A stretch of 64,000 nucleotides of DNA, from the NCBI GenBank assembly GCA_037447605.1, contig CM074816.1:883873-947872 (forward strand), given 5' to 3'. The stretch is from Zygnema circumcarinatum SAG 698-1b (lineage: Eukaryota; Plantae; Zygnematophyceae). The notes under the pieces were generated by a model. It did not search any database. It saw nothing but the letters and a program-made list of their open reading frames with translations, and had not been told where the DNA came from. Each line of letters opens with the position of its first letter. Within the stretch, counting starts at the first letter, position 1. The position numbers and the translations under genes are program-made. This document shows, in pieces, positions 1-12,806 of this stretch.

Positions 1-268
1 TGGCTTAGGGTTAGGGTTAAGGGTAAGGATTAGGGTTAGAATTAGAGTTAGGGTTAGGGTTAGGTTTGGGGATTTGGGTTAGGCTTGGGATTAGGGTTGG
101 GGTTAGGATTGAGGGTTAGGGTTCGGTTTGGGGTTAGGTTTGGGGATCAGGATGAGGCTGGGGTTAGGGTAAGGTTTAAGGTTAAGGTTGGGGATTAGGG
201 TTAGAGTTAGGATTAGGTCTGGGATTAGGTTTGGAGTTAGGCTTGAGATAACGGTTAGGGTTAGGGTT
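1..268 (+). repeat. Degenerate TTAGGG telomere-like tandem array
   Basis: Seen in sequence: about 40 imperfect 6-mer units (ttaggg, ttagag, ttagga, tttggg) from the window start. Confidence 0.9.
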
Positions 269-358
269 GTAGCTTCGGGTTTCCGGCCTGGTTTTTCCGT
301 GTTGCTTTTAAGCGACGCACGAGTAAAGTGAGGTCCAGAGGGGACGGAAGGGAGCTGT

Positions 359-431
359 CCACGTGGCACATCCAACGGCCATTAAATCTTCAACGGCCAT
401 TAAACCTTCCACGTGGCACGTCCAACGGTCA
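359..431. promoter_or_regulatory. Three MSA-like elements interleaved with G-boxes upstream of INTS2
   Basis: Seen: TCCAACGGCCA (371-381), TTCAACGGCCA (389-399), TCCAACGGTCA (421-431); CCACGTGG at 359 and 409. Knowledge: the MSA consensus is YCYAACGGYYA, bound by 3R-MYB proteins. Function is inferred. Confidence 0.5.
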
Positions 432-532
432 CTTTGCAACTGGATTTCTGCCACGTGGAACCCTATTCTGCTTCCTCCCGCGGGCGGTCCCGGCCAGCGC
501 TTGCGCCCCACGTGCGACTCTGCGACCCCAGG

Positions 533-3090
533 ATGCCACGTGGCGCTACCTCGTGGCCGGACCTGCCCGCCCTCCTACAGACTCGCCACGTGGCGGACCG
601 CGCTGCCACGTATGCACGCCTCCCTCTCGCGCGCGTCTCCTTCCACGATGTCCACGTGGCGGCACTGGTTGAAAGGCTGCCAGCTGGCAGCTCCCCGCAC
701 TTTCTGGACGAGCTAGAGCTCAGCCATGGCGGTGAGGGGAGGGAGAAAGGAGAGGGGGAGAGGGAGGGGGAGGGGGAGGGGGAGGAAGGTGGACCTCGAG
801 GAGGAGGTTCTATGGAGGAGTGCGATTCCGTTGTGTTCGAGGCTGCGGAGGAGGTGCGTTACTTTTTTTTTCGGTTGCTTTAGGGTTGGGAAACAGCCAG
901 CATTTGGCATTTGGAAGTTCTCGGATCAAGATTTTAGGATTTCTAGAGGTTGTAGGGTTTGAGGGGGCAGGGACTCAGGGTTTGCACGATGCTATTGTCC
1001 CAGTTTTCTGGTACCTTTGGAGGGATCCGTCAAATTGTGATTCAGTCTAGTTGGTCATAGCGATGGTTACAACTTTGCATATAGTAATAAGCATTTCTAA
1101 TGTAGTAGGTCGACCTACAATGACAACAATATTCCATGTTCACGCAAAATTGAATTATGGAAGTCCCTTTGATGCTGGCAAATGAAACTTGAGTCTCTTC
1201 TACAGTTGGGAAACTTATCGATCTTTTTAAGTATCATTGCACGTGCAGCCAATGCGCGATATATCCATATTGAATATTGTTTTTTCCTTCTGCCTCCCTT
1301 CTTTTCATCTCAGCTTCTTTCTGGATTGGGCAGGCAGAGCGCGTAAAGCTTATAGCCCTTTCTCTCCGTGCCCGAGCAGAAATGTTTGATGCTGCCCTAA
1401 GCACAGCCACCTCGAAATCTGATCCGAGGGAGGCAAAGTTCAGCCATACACAGATCAGCGGGCACGACAAAATTTTCGGATGCGAATTTTGCCTGCCCGA
1501 ACTCCTAAGCATGCTGCCTGTGTTGGCTGGTCGCTTCCCTTCTGAGTTCACTCCAGGTCTGAACTCAAACCTCTTTACTCTGCCCGTCTTTCCCTTGCTA
1601 AGTTTTGTTCCATTTTATTCTATTACTTAAGGTCTTTCTGACTTCATTGGGTGTGGGCTCTGCATGCAGAACGACTGGTAAAGGGCCTCCTCCTTGCGCC
1701 ACATGGCGCCATCCTATTGGTCGCCACCCTGCTACAAATTAGGGTTTTGCGAAGCCCCTCCATCTCTCTCCTTGCCGCCATATCGGAGGCCCTTCTCCTA
1801 CACCCCTTCCCAAGGGTAGCTCCGCAGCCCACCCTAACCAGTGGTGTGGCGACACCTGGCACTGTTGCAGGGCCCGTGCGGCCGCCACATCATCAAGGGA
1901 GCACCTATCCGGTCTTGCCAGGTGGCAGCCAGGGAGCAGCCCACGTGGGCCCCACTACAGCACTGGGACAACAGCATATGCCAACCTCCGGAGGGGGAGG
2001 AGAGAGTGCAAATTCTCTGTTAGTAGGGAAAATTCGTAATCGTTTGAAAGACGATGTGGTGACGATCCTTGTAAGGCTCTGCCAGGTGGCACCCTCAGAA
2101 GCTGCCACGTGTCGGGCTGCCTTGCAGTCAGCTCAAACTCTCCCAGATTTGGTCCTCCATTTGACCTCAGAATTCTTCCACGATGAACTCGAATTCCTGT
2201 CGGCGGCAACGGTGGGTTCGCTTCCGTTGAACGGAATCCGACAGGGGTTGGCAGTGCATATAGCCGCCAATCAGACAAGTGGTAGTGGTAGTACTGAAGG
2301 AGGAGGTAGTCTCCCTCCGTTGGTAGCTGGAGAAGGTGGTGGAGATAAACCTTTGCAGTCTCCAGCCGTCCGATTCAGGGCAGCTCTCACAGCGGACGCG
2401 CAAAAGTCAATTTCTGAGAGTGGATGGAGTGCCCGGACACACTCCCACCTACGCCTGTTCTGTGTGTTAGTTAGAATGGGTCCGTTACAACCTTCCATCT
2501 CCGAGGTGCGTTTCCGTGTATATCCAATAGCTTGCGAAAATCTTAACTTTTCTTTCTACCTCTCTCTCCTCCTCCCTGTCTCACCTTTTCTCCCCACCAC
2601 CTTTCTTATATTTCCTTTTGCGAATTGTATCTTATTTTTCTACCATTGACTGTCGAACTGCAGGTGGAGATGTGGTTGGCTGCTTTAGCCGGCCGAGTGA
2701 AGGAACCACCTTCAGCGACCGGAGGAAACATGGAGAAATCCCACCATCCAAGGAGGTCTATATGTGCAAATACTTTATGTTTAGGAATCGCATTTCTATG
2801 CATTGTTCCGGGGCTAGGGGCTCTCTCTCTGCGCTCTCTCTACCATGCAGCGATTGGAGAGCTGCTCGGTCCCACGCTGCGACATCTGGCAGCTGCGGGA
2901 GGCAGTGCAGAGGGAGACGAGAGCAGTGTGAGAGGAGAGGGAGAGGGAGAGGGAGAGAAAGCGGGAGAGACGGAGGAGAGCGTGATGGTGGTATGGACCG
3001 CAGTACAGCTTATGCTCAAGCGATTCGCAGAAATTGCAGAGGTGAGGAGACCTCCAGTCCTGAAGCTTTTTACGCTCATGTGATGTATCC

Positions 3091-3146
<56 letters not shown>

Positions 3147-6100
3147 ATATGCATGTGCTTTCACATCCCTTTGACTACGACTGGCAGTCCGTCCTCGTCC
3201 TCCCCCTGCCGGACCCTTCATTCCTTTTGAGTCCATAGCCGCTTCAGAGCTCGTAGGGATTCCGGAAGTCTTAGACTAGGATTAGATTATGATTTCATTT
3301 TATAATTTTTAGAGTACTGTACTCTGAGCGATCTTACAGTTTTGGCCGTACAGGTCGTACGGTCTGCCTTGGGTGTCCACGTCACCATCAGCAACGCGGC
3401 GATGCGCGATCTGGTGGACGCCGCGGCGACACCTGGCGGGCCCCTTGCCAGCCTGGCACTCGTGGTCCGGGCGGCAGGGGCTCTCAGGCCCCGCCACCTC
3501 ATCCATGGCTGCATGTGGGACACGTGGCAAACTCTGAGGGAGGAGAGAGAGTATCGAGAGGACATATAGGGCAAACACATCGTCTAAAAGTCGTCAAACC
3601 GTGGAACCTTTGTTTTAAAGTTGTCATAAAAAAGTGATGTAACACAGCAAAGCCATCAGGGGGGGATGCATCTGGTCGCTTTTTGGGGCGTGTTTTTGGG
3701 GTCTGAAGAGGGGGGGAAGTGTGTGGTCGAGTTGTGCAGGAGTGCAGTGCATGGAGTTGTCAATCGGCCAATCCCGTATCGCCATCTGGACTGCTTGCAG
3801 CAGCTGTTCCTGGGGGGACACGTGTCACGCTACTGTGAGAACATAACGGGAGCGGTTGCGCACTGCATAGAACACGCAACCCTGCCGATTCATCCGGTAA
3901 AACTGGAAAATTTTCTAAAAACCCTCAAACCTTGGAGAATCCTGAATTTCTGCTATAACCCTAAATTTTTTCAGACCTGCCAGGGAAAGCCCTCCTCTTG
4001 CATCATCCCTTTGCACTTCCTATAGTGAGAGAGAGAGAGAGTGAAAGAGAGAGAGAGAGGGAGAGAGAGCGAGAGAGAGAAAGAGAGAGAGGGGGGGGGA
4101 GAGTGAGAGTGAGAGAGAGAGAGAGAGAGATTGATTTTTGCATTTTTGGTGCAAATGTAGGCCCTGCCGCCCTTCATCCAAGCATATGCAGAAGCTTCTT
4201 CCGCACAGGCAGGAAGGCCACGTGGCAGTATCACCTCGGCCCAGCAGGCAACAGGAGACTCCCACTCTCTCCCTCCCTCCACTCTCATCTCTCTCCTCCG
4301 TCCCGCCTGCCGAGCCCTTCTCCTTTCTCACCCACTAGACGACAAAGACCTGGCAAAAGCGGCCTTGGCAACTCACTACATGCTATGTCGAGAACAGAAC
4401 GGTAGAAGCCATACCCATGGCTATGTGCCCCATGACATGGCAATGGCTGGATGGGGGGGAGAGGGAGAGGGAGGGGGAGGAGGAGGGAGGGAGTGGGGAC
4501 TGCTCATGGAGAGCGTTCCTTGGCGCCAGCTGGCAGCACGGATGGATGACAGCTGGCAGGCCCTCGAGCCTCTGCTGCCGCTGGTAAGTAGAGGGAGATG
4601 GTGGGAGGGTAAAGGGCTGCTGCAGTTTTTATTTTTTGACTCTTCTCCGCACTTATCATTAATGTTAAAACCTGTAGGGCTTATCTAAGCATTATATCGG
4701 CGATTGAAGCGAGAGGGTTATTATCTATTTGTTCTTTTTCCGGAGAATTAAGTTTTATATTTTATCAAATAAGAATAGGGATTAAACATGTCTCGTAGGT
4801 GCGAATTAACAGAAAGCCAAAAACCCAGAAATTATGACAAGAAAACATTTATAAGGGAGAAAACAAAGAATCAAAATGCCTTTTCATTGTGTTAAGACTT
4901 GCGGTTGTTATTGTTTATTCCAGTGGCAGGCTATGGCGGATGCTCTTCTTCCTCACCACTTTCCTCGAAATATATTAAGTACGAGCCATTTGGATGGGGC
5001 TTGGCTGCCCCATGAGGTCACAGTGACGTCTGCAGACCCAAGTTTAAGGGGTCTGATTGGCTGGAATGAGCCGCCAGGTGGCACTCAGAGATTCGCGGGA
5101 GAAGTTGACCTATGTTTATCCAAAAAAGCAATTTCGGAACAGCTAGGAGTAGCCTTACTGAGGCCCCTGCAGGCCCTTTCTCTGCTTGACACGTGGCAGC
5201 ATTTGGGAGTGTGGGAGAAGGACGATGTGGGAGTGAAAATCGAAGGTTTGAGAAAAGTGAAAGTGGAGGAGATATATCGGCATTCTGATTCTTTTGACTT
5301 CTCTTATTACAGTAGTGAGTGGGAAAGGGAGGCAGCTGTGGTAGAGAGCTTGGCTCCTTTGCTTTTGGATCGGAGATGTGAACGGAGGCTGCAGGAGGGG
5401 TTTAAGGTTTGGTGGGAGAGGCTGCCTCCCATGGGACACGTGGCACTCACTCCAGTGCTCCTGGGTTCCATAAAGGCAGGGGAGGAGATGAGGGAGGAGG
5501 AGAGGAGTTTCAGTGAGAGAGGAAATCAGAGTCCAGTTCCTTTAAGTTTAAGGGCTCATGCCTTGAGAAGGAAGGTGGTAGCTGAGGAGGGTGAGAGAAA
5601 ATGGGCAGGTGAGGAGGAGGAGGAGAGGAGGGTGGTTTCGAAGCGGGTGAAATTGGAGTCAGGAGAGAAGAGAGAGAAGAGAGAGAGGAGGGAAAGAACA
5701 AGCGATCTCTCCCTGTGTGAGGGGATGCCTGACCCTCTCTCTCTCCTTGCGGTACATCCGAGAGCCCTGCGAGTAGGGCCACTCCTGGAGGTCCTCATTG
5801 GCCAGCTCCGCCGTCAGAGGGAGGCGCACTCCCGCCTCGCTTTCTTCTTAACCTCTACCTCACCAGACGGAGCGGGAGGGGGAGGGGGGGTGGGAGTGGG
5901 AGTGGGAGTGGGAGGAGCTGCGGGANNNNNNNNNNGGGAGGGGGATGGGGGCTGAGTTGGGAGGAAGTTTCATCAGCCCTAACGCTTCAAGACAGGTGAG
6001 AGCTGGGGAGAGGCTACTGCGCTATGATGTAGGGTTCAGAGCGAGTTTGTAGTTTGTAGTTTGTAGTTTGCAGTTTGCAGTTTGTAGTTGTGCTGCCTCG

Positions 6101-6801
6101 GTTTGATTCCTTTTCTTTTTACAGTTACCTGTTTGAATTTTTCCTTGGCAGCGCCATCTGTCAGCAGCTGGTGGAGGGCTGTCTGGAGGACCATTCTCTC
6201 GGAGATGAGGACCTTCCAGGACAGCTGGCAGAGGCTCGGACAGTTCTATGTGATGCGCTCAGTTTCATAGTCACAGAAAATCCCACAGTACTCAAGCTCA
6301 TCCATTTTCAGGTAAGAACCACCTGCCTCCCCTTCCTCTCCCTCTCCTATCTCCTACTTTTCCCTTCGCTAAGTAAGTTGCATCATACTGAGGAGGGGTA
6401 TATGGTTGGATCATATATACGGCTGCAGAACTTGTCAAACTGCTTTCAAATAGGAGGCTTCCCACTCATTCTCATGACTTGCACAAACCCTAAAGCTTTG
6501 AAACCCTACAACCCGAAGTTCTCTCTTCTTGTAATGCATGTTGTGTAGTTGCATGGTGGATTCGGTGCAGGGATATGAACCCGTCCTCGTGCGAGTGCTG
6601 GTGGAGAGAGTGCCCGCCATGGTTTCCTGCTCCGAGCTCGCTGTAGAACTCCTGCAGCAGCCGCAGCTGGACCAGCAAATCATGGGCTGCCACCTGGCAG
6701 CTGAGCTGGCACTGCGGTATCCTCACAAAGAAGAGCTCGCAACTGTTTGCGAGCAGGTGAGGTTCTTTTCTACCTCTTTTTTTCAAGCTTTTTGATCCAC
6801 A

Positions 6802-6896
<95 letters not shown>

Positions 6897-7254
6897 CTTT
6901 ATCTTATCAAATAACCGACAATGGAAAATAACTACATTGAGATGTTTTCTTGATTGAGGCAAAGTTTGTATGGCGAAGCAGGTGGTGAGCTATATTGCGT
7001 ACGTTCAAAGCCATGTTGCGGGTTCCGTTGACTTCCTGAGGGAGACCATGGTGCCGGCTGCTCGCTGCGCTGTGGCCTTCCCCTCCCTCGTGCGGCAGAC
7101 GTGGGAGGTCCTGCACACGAGTGTGCGCATAGGCGGACCGCTCTCGTGGGGCGGGCCGCTCCGGGACGAGGACCTGCACTCGGCCGCCATGGCGGCCTTC
7201 TCCCTCCTCTGCAGGGGGCGGCTTCTCATTGGCCGCGCGGAGGCCATGATGTAA
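533..7254 (+). CDS. INTS2: Integrator complex subunit 2 homolog (multi-exon)
   Basis: Phase-consistent exons include 533-853, 1334-1556, 1670-2505, 2664-3041 and 3354 onward, then further exons to 7254. Motifs recalled from animal INTS2: IFGCEFCLPELLSML/ERLVKGLL, LDCLQQL...LPIHP-ALPPFIQAY, EEVSSALTLQDSAICQQLVEGCL, ENPTVLKLIHFQGY, ELLQQPQLDQQI, CAVAFPSL. The start codon and last exon are less certain, and an N-gap lies inside one exon. Confidence 0.85.
3095..3144. repeat. (AT)n microsatellite in an INTS2 intron
   Basis: Seen directly. Confidence 0.95.
6804..6894. repeat. (AT)n microsatellite in an INTS2 intron
   Basis: Seen directly. Confidence 0.95.
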
Positions 7255-8212
7255 TGAAGACCGTGGTTGGGAGCAGCAGGCTTGGGTTTGCTGGAGGAGG
7301 GAAGCTTGCTGCTTCGGTTGGTGATGCAATCTGGTGAGTGAAGGAGTTGTGAGGAGAGAGAGAGAGAGAGATGGGGGGGGAGAGAGAGAGGGGAGGGGGA
7401 GAGAGAGAGAGAGTGTGAGAGGGAGTGAGAGTCGGTGACCCAGCCCTTACAATGTCTGTCTGTACTTTCTGTGTCCTGTTGAACAGAGGCGAAGCGGAAA
7501 AGCATGGAACCTGCTCCGCCGTTGGAACCATCTGCTGCATCGCCGCATCGCCAGATCGCACAAGTATTGGCCAGAGGGAGGCAGGGGTTCAGGGCATTCA
7601 AACACCTTGGATGTTTCTTAGTTGCAAATTTTAGAGCGTGCAGGGATCAGATAATGAGTAGAACTCAAATTCAGAAAGGAATAGATACATTTTCCATTTT
7701 AAATGAGAGCGGGCACACACGAAATTTGGGCCCTTTGCGGAGATGACATTAACAAGAAGGTGAAGAACGTTGTGAACCCTAATTCTTCACATCATCGACA
7801 TAAAGGGGTTTCTCGAGCACCTCCCAATGGCGACTCGCTACTCACACCACATTTACACTTTGCTTATCCCTATTATTATTGAGTGGGGCTGCGAGTCGTA
7901 CGACTTGCAAGTTGTGAATTTAGCAAACCATTTTTTGCCCACAAACCGCAAACTGCAAACGGTCCGAGCATAGGACGTGCTGTGTGGCGCATGTTGGACT
8001 TCGCGTTACTGTAACTGCCGCATGTGCACAGTCAGGTCCGAACTGAACCACCGCGGAATGCGGACCGCTGCTTGAAATTCGAAGCGTCCTCGGCAGCTGC
8101 GATTGGCCAACGGCTCCTCCCGCCCCTTCTTCACCGTTCTCCCAACTTCAAAATGCCTTGAAGAGGAAGTTTGCAGCAAGGTTTGAAGGGGAGGTACAGC
8201 ATCCGCAAGGCC

Positions 8213-11200
8213 ATGGCGGGCTCGGCCGGGCAGGGGGGAACCCTGAAGGCCCTCCTTGCACGCAGCCTTTGGTTTCTGCGGAAGGTATTCCCCGCACAGC
8301 ACAGATAGGAATAGCAAGAGTTTTAATGGCAGGAATGGTAGTAAATAATGCTTAGTGTGTCTGCACTGACGCAGGCATTAGCAACCCTGAGTTCCTGAAA
8401 ACCTAAAAGAGCGTGTGCAGAAAAGAACGGATGATTACGCACTTGCGCTGCAATTTGAGAATCGAAATGTATCAAAATGGGACAAAAGGTTTCGGGCTAT
8501 GTATAAAAAACGCCTTAATCCTTGTATGAATTTTAAAAGAAGGAATTTCTTGGATGTCGGGAGAATCTAGGAACTCTGTAGAAGTTCAATGAAGTTCGTT
8601 AGTGAAAACCAGGCAAGGGAATAAATTCTCCAGCATGGAGAGCGGGGTCAAAATTCGTTAAGAGAGAGCTTTCATAAAAAAATGGATTAGATTTTGAAAC
8701 ATTGGCATACGTGATGCACATTTGTTGGTCCTTTTGGGATGATGAAGGAGTGGCACAAGCATGAAGGTATATACCACTTATAAAACGTCCATTCTCTGCT
8801 AATTTTACATAAACATTCACAATATCTACAAGCAAATAGGTGGCTGCAATGTCTGATGTAGACAGATCTCTCACTAGTTCAAACCAACCCTGATAACAAT
8901 CCCTGCTACAATTCAGCGGCTTGTCGTGAAGCCCTTGCGCCTTCCAGCCTGCCATAGTAATATGTTTAATGCATTTATTTTTCTAGTTTGAACAGCGTTT
9001 GGGTTCGTGGTTGGATCGTGGCAGGAGTCTGCAGGATCCCTCCCATCACAAGGAGGCCCTCTTTCCAAGTTCGGGCGCATTTTCTCACCGGCTGAAGCGC
9101 GAAGGCCTAGCACTTGCTTCTCAGTTTCGACTCCGTCTGCCATTAATTGCATTCTCCAAACACGACCCAACGACGACACTTCCTCGCTAAAATTGAACGG
9201 CTTTCCACCAACAACTGTTTTTAGAGAAGTTCAGTTTCCGGACGCACATGGCCGAGAGAATGGGTATCCATGGCGGCATTCCAGCTACCAACAAGCCATC
9301 ACATCGCCAAGCTCCTCTCGTCAATTCAGAGAAAATGGGCATACCAACACAGACGCAGCAAATAGTCTCACTCATGTCCGCAAGTATAGTAAACAGAGTG
9401 ATATGATGAAAGAGTTATTGGAAACTCAAAGAATGTACTATGAAAGACGAAGGCTTCGTAATGAAGCTCGTAATGAAGCTCCAAAAGAGGAATCGGAAGG
9501 AGCGCTGTTCAAGCCTTCAGATTCCCAGCATTCAGAAATAAATCTTGCGGGCCTGACAGCCATGGCTGACCAGCCACCTGCAACCCAGCCACTGACTGGA
9601 CCCCTAAGACCAAGGTCACCTGAAGAAGTGAGTCTGTTTCCAACTGTTTCTGTTTTTCATTTTTTTTGTTTTTCCTTAAAACGTCATTGCTCTGCTTCTG
9701 TGCTGCTTGTTAGCTGCGATCGGTTCGTTATCATCATGGTTGCCTTTGGAGTGCTCTAACGTAATCAACTGCCTTGCTGTTTGTGTGATGTTTTGCACAT
9801 TGCATGGGTTCAGCGCAAGTTGGCGGATCTTGTAGCGAGACCGGACCTCATGATGACTCGTCTCGTGGAGTGGGCCAACGTCGTTGTGGGCTTTGAGCAG
9901 GCACGAACTGTTCTCTGTTTCTTTACCAACATGCAAGTGAAAGTTCATCAAATAGCGAAGCAAGCACTGCCTCAGTTGTGTGCTGAAGCAAAGATTGTGA
10001 AAGTAACATGCGAAGTCTACTGCGAACGTTTGTAATTTGTTGTTGTTCGTTATGCTCTTAAAAGGTAAAGTACATAGGCACATATTTCTCTTCTTTCTTG
10101 GCTGGTTTAAAGGGGGGGGGTGGGCTTCCCTGCTGTAAGAAGTAAACTAAGCCAACATTTTTTTCTGCAATTTGTAAATGTGCAGCAAAACAGATACATC
10201 ATTATGGACCCACACAAGGGCCTGGTACGGTCTTCTCTTTCCAAACGTTTCTCTTTTCCTTCCATACCATCGTCCTAGCATGCAGACTGCATAAGTTTAA
10301 GGCCAGGATGGTGCAATTAAGCTCTAAATATTGGTCTTTTTTCTGCTCTGTCTGTTTCTTAAGGGCAGACGGTTGGCTTCATATTGGAAAGGAGCAACCC
10401 CCTCCTCCGACAGGTCCGTACGACTGAACTAGCGGACATAAAGCTCGGCATGGAACATCTATTGCAGTGGTTCTATCGCTTTGACTTGTTTGTCCATATT
10501 TCAAGTTTTTTACTGTACAGATTTTAGGTGGCTATACGATGGGACTATTTCAATCTAGAACTGGAATTTGAGATGCTGCACATGCCCATTTTTTTGTGCA
10601 AGTGGAGAGCAGTTCCTGCGTTCAAGACGGTACTTTGACGCCACTTTCTACAATGCTGTGGGAGAGGAGTTATGCGTGGTGAGTTGAGAGGAGGCAGGCC
10701 GGAATGTAAAGAAAGGAGAGAGAGCGGAGAGGAGAGGAGAGGGGAGGGGAAGCGAGTGGGGATGCAGATGCTCTATGTATGCAGAAAGGAGGGAGAGCGG
10801 AGAGGAGAGGAGAGGGGAGGGGTAGGAGAGGGGATGTAAATGTGCTATATGTGCTTTATGCTTTTGTTGGTTCGGTTCAACTTTGGGAGGTAATGCATCG
10901 TGGAGTCCTTAGCTTAGTCCTTAGTTTTAGCTTATGCTATTGCGTAGTTGCAGAATGTATGGAGCACTTTGAAAGGCATGTGGATGTAGAATAGGTAGCA
11001 AATGAGCTCATGGAAACTCCTGTATTGCAAGGAAACCACTTTTTTTGCAATGCTAGGGCCAGAAATGTGCCACAGCCTTCTCGTCTGCCCGCTCTATGAA
11101 CCCTCTGACAGATAGTTTTCTGTACGGCAGGTTCGGCGCCCATTCTACTTCATTAGCAGTACTTTGACGGTGGAGATGGGAGGCCAAGTCAGCATGCTTC

Positions 11201-12806
11201 CCTCACATACATAACTTGTTAGAGGGATATATTCATGCATACATGCATGCGTACATCTGAGAATCTGCAAGCGTTTTCCTCTATTTTTGCATGGCAAGCA
11301 AGGAGGCTATGTATGATGCCTTCAAAAAAGACTCGCTTTCTGGCTGGGTTTGGGCACAGCTTGTGGGACGGGTTGTGCAGCAATGGCATTTGTGGAAGCG
11401 GAACTACAATGTCTACGTCAAGTAAGTGTTCCATGTTACCTCCAAAAGAAAACCTAAAAACAGCATGCAACACCTCACTATGCCACCCACTTCTCTCTAG
11501 TTTCTGCCACTGGGCGGAAACCCAAAAGTAAAAAGTTTTGAGCCGCAATAGTTCATGCAGGCCTTTTCATTCACAGACAATGGGACCCAAAAAGCAGTTG
11601 TAGCTTCTCTCCTTCATAGAAAATGAGTGGGAACTGAGGAAGGGATAGGTCCATGGGTTTCAAACTATGCGCAGTTTGGATGGCACTATGCGGCAATTTG
11701 GGGAAGTGAGCAATCCCGGCTTTTGGTGGTGGACCTTTACGGTGAAGGACGAGCATGGAGAGCCGCTGGCAGAGGTGGACCGCACGTGGCGGGGGCTCGG
11801 CTTAGAGGTCAGAATCACTGCCTCATGTACTTGACCATTGACCAATTGACCATTGACCAATTGGTCAACTGGTCAATTGGTCAATGGTCTGTTGAATACC
11901 AGCAATGAAACAAGAATCGTTGCTTTCGCATGCCCATGTTTTTTACTTTCCATGTCAACTCGGTTCATAATCTGAACAATCCTTAAAACTTTAAAGGTGT
12001 TTAAGGGCCCTGAAGAAGCCCCGTCTCCATGTGGCAGTTGTTCACAGATGCCGGTCGGTACTTTGTGCGATTTGGCGATGTGAGCGCGCATGGAGATGCG
12101 TGCAAGGCCCCGGATCCGGCCAATATCTTGGCGCCACCTGGCGGCCCGCTGGACCGGAGCAGCCTGCAGCAAATGACTCTAGCAGCAGAGCAGGTTCCAT
12201 GATTTTCCGTTCAGTCTCCGTAAAACAGGTCACAGTCAGGGCAGGACTGTTAAGGTCTGGATAGCATACTTTGCTGTGATCTAACACTTTGGCATATTCA
12301 TATGTGTATTCAAGTCTAGAGAGAGAATTCCAGCTTCCGAATTGTGGAATTCAGCATGTTAGTAAAGTCAAACCCACTTGTGGGTGCAGTCAGGACAGGT
12401 ATTGGAATGATGGGATGAGTCGACATCTGATGGAATCAATCCTTAATTTCTGCCATGTTGGGGGATTCCCTTGGACGCAGATCCCTCCCTTAGAGGCTGC
12501 CCGGCCACTCTCTCTGGTAGAGAGAGCGGTAGTGTTGGCCCTTGCCGTCTCCCTCGACAACGATTTCTTCTCCCGCCACAGGCAGGACTGTAGAACCCAC
12601 TTGCTTTCTGTTTTTGCATCAAGCAGGAGGGAGATGTGAGGGAGAAGGCGGGGGAGGAGGGCGAGGAAAGAGAGGGAGAGAGACGGAGACAGGTGATTAA
12701 TGAGACTGACTGCTGATTTGTGTTATCCATTGTTGTGTTGTTTGGAGGGGACAGCTCTGAAGCAGGAGGCATGTTGCCGTGGGCCCTGTTAGGCAGCTCG
12801 GAATGA
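8213..12806 (+). CDS. Phospholipid scramblase family protein (plant scramblase-related / AIM25-like), multi-exon
   Basis: Exons translate to MMTRLVEWANVVVGFEQ, GFILERSNPLLRQ, FLRSRRYFDA, VRRPFYFISS, QWHLWKRNYNVY, NPGFWWWTFTVKDEHG..VDRTWRGLGLE, TDAGRYFVRFG, RPLSLVERAVVLALAVSLDNDFFSRH, ending SEAGGMLPWALLGSSE*. The first exon and start (8213) are uncertain. Confidence 0.88.

Noticed and set aside
1-268. True chromosome end
   Set aside because: The repeats are heavily degenerate, and the G-rich strand reads into the window, which is the wrong orientation for a left telomere.
404-560. Frameshift or non-AUG extension at the INTS2 N-terminus
   Set aside because: Two frames both give weak resemblance to animal INTS2, there is no upstream ATG, and memory-level alignment cannot decide. 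ATG 533 is the simplest model.
5926-5955. Premature stop in INTS2
   Set aside because: It follows an N-gap of arbitrary length; another frame resumes with LSWEEVSSALTLQDS and splices in phase.
8599-8955. 118-aa antisense ORF in the first scramblase intron
   Set aside because: No recognisable motif or splice context; its length is within chance for this window.
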